IMG/VR virus record: IMGVR_UViG_3300046411_000790
Location: 1-37,164 of that record
DNA length: 37,164 nt
Direction: 5' to 3' (one strand)
DNA from: a virus
Lineage: Duplodnaviria; Caudoviricetes
In this document: one piece after another, positions 34,807 to 37,164 of the stretch
How positions within the stretch are numbered: position 1 is the first letter of the stretch
How the letters are laid out: each line of letters starts with the position of its first letter
The notes under the pieces: generated by a model
What the model was told of the DNA's origin: nothing
Seen by the model: the letters and a program-made list of their open reading frames with translations, nothing else
Databases searched by the model: none
Made by a program: the position numbers and the translations under genes

Positions 34807-35052
34807 TTGGACAAGAGTTATCGGTCATATCCTGCCTGTGTAGGTTTATCTTACATCGGAAGTGGATGGGCCAAAGGGTCTAGATCAGAATGTTGGAACG
34901 ATATGAAAAATCGTCCTTGGCCTTTGCATCTAAGATTCTTACCACCGAGTTGGGTATCATTCGATAGAGATGGTGCTAGACTCTTCATATTTCATAAAGA
35001 AAGGATCCAGCAATGGCTAGAGAAGAAACGACAACAGAAGAACAGAAGATGA
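34807..35052 (+). CDS. Hypothetical protein
   Basis: ORF track; TTG start uncertain. Confidence 0.5.
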   Translation: MDKSYRSYPACVGLSYIGSGWAKGSRSECWNDMKNRPWPLHLRFLPPSWVSFDRDGARLFIFHKERIQQWLEKKRQQKNRR

Positions 35053-35174
35053 TAAATGAATGGCTAAAGAAAAACAAGCCAACCATTTGTCCACCTATGG
35101 AAAGAACCAATCCAGATGACGTCAAATCAGTATGGAAAAAGGGTAGAGGAAGAAAGAAGAAAAAGGCAGATTAA
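35049..35174 (+). CDS. 41-aa basic peptide (MINEWLKKNKPTICPP...)
   Basis: Translated by hand; ATGA overlap. Confidence 0.55.
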   Translation: MINEWLKKNKPTICPPMERTNPDDVKSVWKKGRGRKKKKAD

Positions 35175-35187
35175 TCACCAAAAGAGG

Positions 35188-35216
35188 TTGACTTTATACG
35201 GCTTTGATCGTATACT
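35188..35216 (+). promoter_or_regulatory. Early sigma70 promoter
   Basis: TTGACT-17-TATACT with GATCG. Confidence 0.85.
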
Positions 35217-35251
35217 GTATAGATAATAAGGCATTAACAGAGAGGCACAAA

Positions 35252-35824
35252 ATGGCATACGTTTCACAAAAAGATAAGGCTAAACTAGCACCAGAGATTA
35301 AAAAGGTGCTTTCTAAATACGGTATGAAAGGTTCTATTTCAATCCGTCATCATTCATCATTGGTAGTGACACTTCAAAGCGGTTCAATTGAATTTGAACA
35401 TTCACATGGTGATGGTTATACTCAGGTAAATGTTTACCACATTGATAGTCACTACGAAGGCAAGGCAAGAGACTTCCTTACAGAACTATTGGCCGCAATG
35501 AAAGGCCCAGACTGGTTTGACAAGAGCGATGCAATGACAGATTATTTCCATGTGTCACACTATTGCGACATCAACATAGGTAAGTGGAATAAGCCCTACT
35601 TCCTACAGACTCCTAAGAAGGCGGCTGTAAAGACCTCTAAGGAGGTTGTAGGCACCGAGATTATAGCACCTATCTGTGAATCAGCAGAAGCGGTGGCTTG
35701 CATGAACTTGACTCAAAGAGAGAAGTTTGTCAAAGACATGGTAAGCAGATATCCAAACCTAGCTGATACATTGATGAGCGATCTAGGCTATGAACTTATG
35801 GATAAGGAAGAAAAAATTCACTAA
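35252..35824 (+). CDS. Early protein with DAMTDYF motif (LPD-like domain)
   Basis: SD GAGG before ATG 35252. Confidence 0.72.
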   Translation: MAYVSQKDKAKLAPEIKKVLSKYGMKGSISIRHHSSLVVTLQSGSIEFEHSHGDGYTQVNVYHIDSHYEGKARDFLTELLAAMKGPDWFDKSDAMTDYFHVSHYCDINIGKWNKPYFLQTPKKAAVKTSKEVVGTEIIAPICESAEAVACMNLTQREKFVKDMVSRYPNLADTLMSDLGYELMDKEEKIH

Positions 35825-35909
35825 TGATATTCAGCATCTTAGGGGTTATGTTATGTTTGGCAGTACCCCTATTGATGTTATGGATATGGAATAAAGAGGA
35901 TCCGAGAAG

Positions 35910-36272
35910 ATGAAGTTTAAAGACATTCCGTTTAACGAAACAAAGATGCCTAAAGGTATTCAGGCAATGCTCAAATTTAATAAGTTTGACCTCAGCATTA
36001 TTAAGAATGAAAGCTCTTATGGTAATGCCCAAGGTCTGTATGAGATTGCGGTATTCAGTGGCGATAAGCAAATTGAAATGCCTGGCATTACTGAAGAAGG
36101 CGATACTGTGAAAGGGTTTCTAACAGAATCAGATGTAGAAGGTGTTATCAAAAAGATGCTCCTAGTCACAGGTACAGATCCAAAGACCACAGAATATCCT
36201 GTAGATACAAAAGATACTCAAGGAACACGTATGGACGACTCATATTATTATTTTAGGAAGGAGTCAAACTGA
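35910..36272 (+). CDS. Early hypothetical protein (SYG..QGLYEIAV)
   Basis: SD GAGG. Confidence 0.72.
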   Translation: MKFKDIPFNETKMPKGIQAMLKFNKFDLSIIKNESSYGNAQGLYEIAVFSGDKQIEMPGITEEGDTVKGFLTESDVEGVIKKMLLVTGTDPKTTEYPVDTKDTQGTRMDDSYYYFRKESN

Positions 36273-36490
36273 AAGGCATAATCCTAATCCTATTGTTCAC
36301 AGGTGAACTAGAATATAGAGCATTTGAATATGAGCCTTCAGGTTCAACCAATGAGGAGATTGTTATTTCATGCTCCGAACGAGCAGAAGAACTGAGAGAT
36401 GAGATATCGACTCACAGTTGGGACGATCCTAGAGGACAGGGATTTTATCTAAAGGACGGCACAGGAACCATTCAAGGGCATATCTGTTAA
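36269..36490 (+). CDS. Hypothetical protein, possible CTG start
   Basis: SD AGGAAGGAG 5 nt before an in-frame CTG that overlaps the upstream TGA. Confidence 0.55.
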   Translation: MKGIILILLFTGELEYRAFEYEPSGSTNEEIVISCSERAEELRDEISTHSWDDPRGQGFYLKDGTGTIQGHIC

Positions 36491-36499
36491 CCATTACAG

Positions 36500-36528
36500 T
36501 TGACTTTCTCCTAGAAAGATCATATAAT
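36500..36528 (+). promoter_or_regulatory. Early sigma70 promoter
   Basis: TTGACT-17-TATAAT with GATCA. Confidence 0.85.
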
Positions 36529-36561
36529 AAAGAGATAATAAACAATAAAAGTGAGGGCTAA

Positions 36562-37164
36562 ATGATAAACATTTCAAAAGAACAAATTAAAAAAGCATTC
36601 GTCAGTGACGTTAAGAACATTGGTGAATATGTATATAATAATCAAGACTGGTATCAAGAAGACAGTCAAAGGATTAGATATATCCTAGCAACCTTAGAGC
36701 TGTCACCAGGTAATTCTTATTCAGACAATAAGCAATTAGAACTAGGGCAAGAGGACAATAGGTTCTATAATTGCATAGAATTTCATGATAACGGAATGTA
36801 TAAGATCAATGACGAGGCTTTACTTTCAGAACTGATTGTGATGACTGATGCTCAACTTGAAGCCTATATCAACGACAATGAATATGATTGGATAGGTGAC
36901 GACTACGATCATGCAAATGAATATCTATTTTCAATTATGAATCATTGGCAGGACAAGATCGAATTCGATACAGAAGATTATGATAATTGTGATCAAATGA
37001 CTGTGACTCAAAGAGCTAGAGAGTGGAAAGTAGATCCTGAAACAGGCTTTAAGAGCGAGAACAAATTTGAAGTGGCCTACAGTATTTTAATGGAGCATTG
37101 GGAACACTTACCAGATGATGCTAAAGCAGATATCAACAAAAGACTGGAGGCTGTAGAATGCTAA
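36562..37164 (+). CDS. Acidic early hypothetical protein
   Basis: SD GAGG; 200 aa. Confidence 0.75.
   Translation: MINISKEQIKKAFVSDVKNIGEYVYNNQDWYQEDSQRIRYILATLELSPGNSYSDNKQLELGQEDNRFYNCIEFHDNGMYKINDEALLSELIVMTDAQLEAYINDNEYDWIGDDYDHANEYLFSIMNHWQDKIEFDTEDYDNCDQMTVTQRAREWKVDPETGFKSENKFEVAYSILMEHWEHLPDDAKADINKRLEAVEC

Noticed and set aside
28614-36071. Minus-strand ORFs in the early region, including those over the tRNAs
   Set aside because: All promoters and SDs point to the plus strand; these are shadows.
28850-36545. Repeated ~40-nt motifs as a CRISPR array or mobile-element ends
   Set aside because: Spacing is irregular (hundreds to thousands of nt), genes lie between copies, and each copy is a -35/-10 promoter.
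1-37164. Alternative genetic code (stop-codon reassignment)
   Set aside because: Known enzymes are full length in the standard bacterial code, and TAA, TAG and TGA all end genes at coupled junctions.

Overview
This window is part of a large, AT-rich lytic dsDNA bacteriophage genome with T4-like architecture. The host is probably a marine alphaproteobacterium such as a Rhodobacteraceae member; this is inferred from the ALAS-type hemA, pseudoazurin and Rhodobacter-style DUF1127 genes. Positions 1-28.1 kb are mostly minus strand and hold nucleotide metabolism genes (nrdA, nrdB, glutaredoxin, prs), a virion/head-internal protein block with TAAATA-type late promoters, and many auxiliary metabolic genes. 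Those include three heme-pathway enzymes (hemA, hemC, hemF), pseudoazurin, a DoxX protein, a possible aa3 oxidase subunit-IV-like peptide, YbaN, a PiT-like transporter, a class 3 lipase and YqgE/AlgH. Positions 28.1-37.2 kb are a plus-strand early region of small ORFs behind about nine near-consensus sigma70 promoters, with two tRNAs (Arg-GCG and a CAT tRNA, probably Ile2), a small alarmone hydrolase-like HD protein and an MBD4-like glycosylase. The best novel signals are: (i) a phage tetrapyrrole/respiration module; (ii) a textbook -1 frameshift signal (A_AAA_AAG, 6-nt spacer, hairpin) that joins a start-less 103-codon frame to a scaffold-like protein; (iii) a unit made of a LysR-type box, a 150-nt multi-hairpin RNA and a translationally coupled microprotein/DUF1127 operon. 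All calls come from reading motifs by eye; no database searches or folding programs were run.
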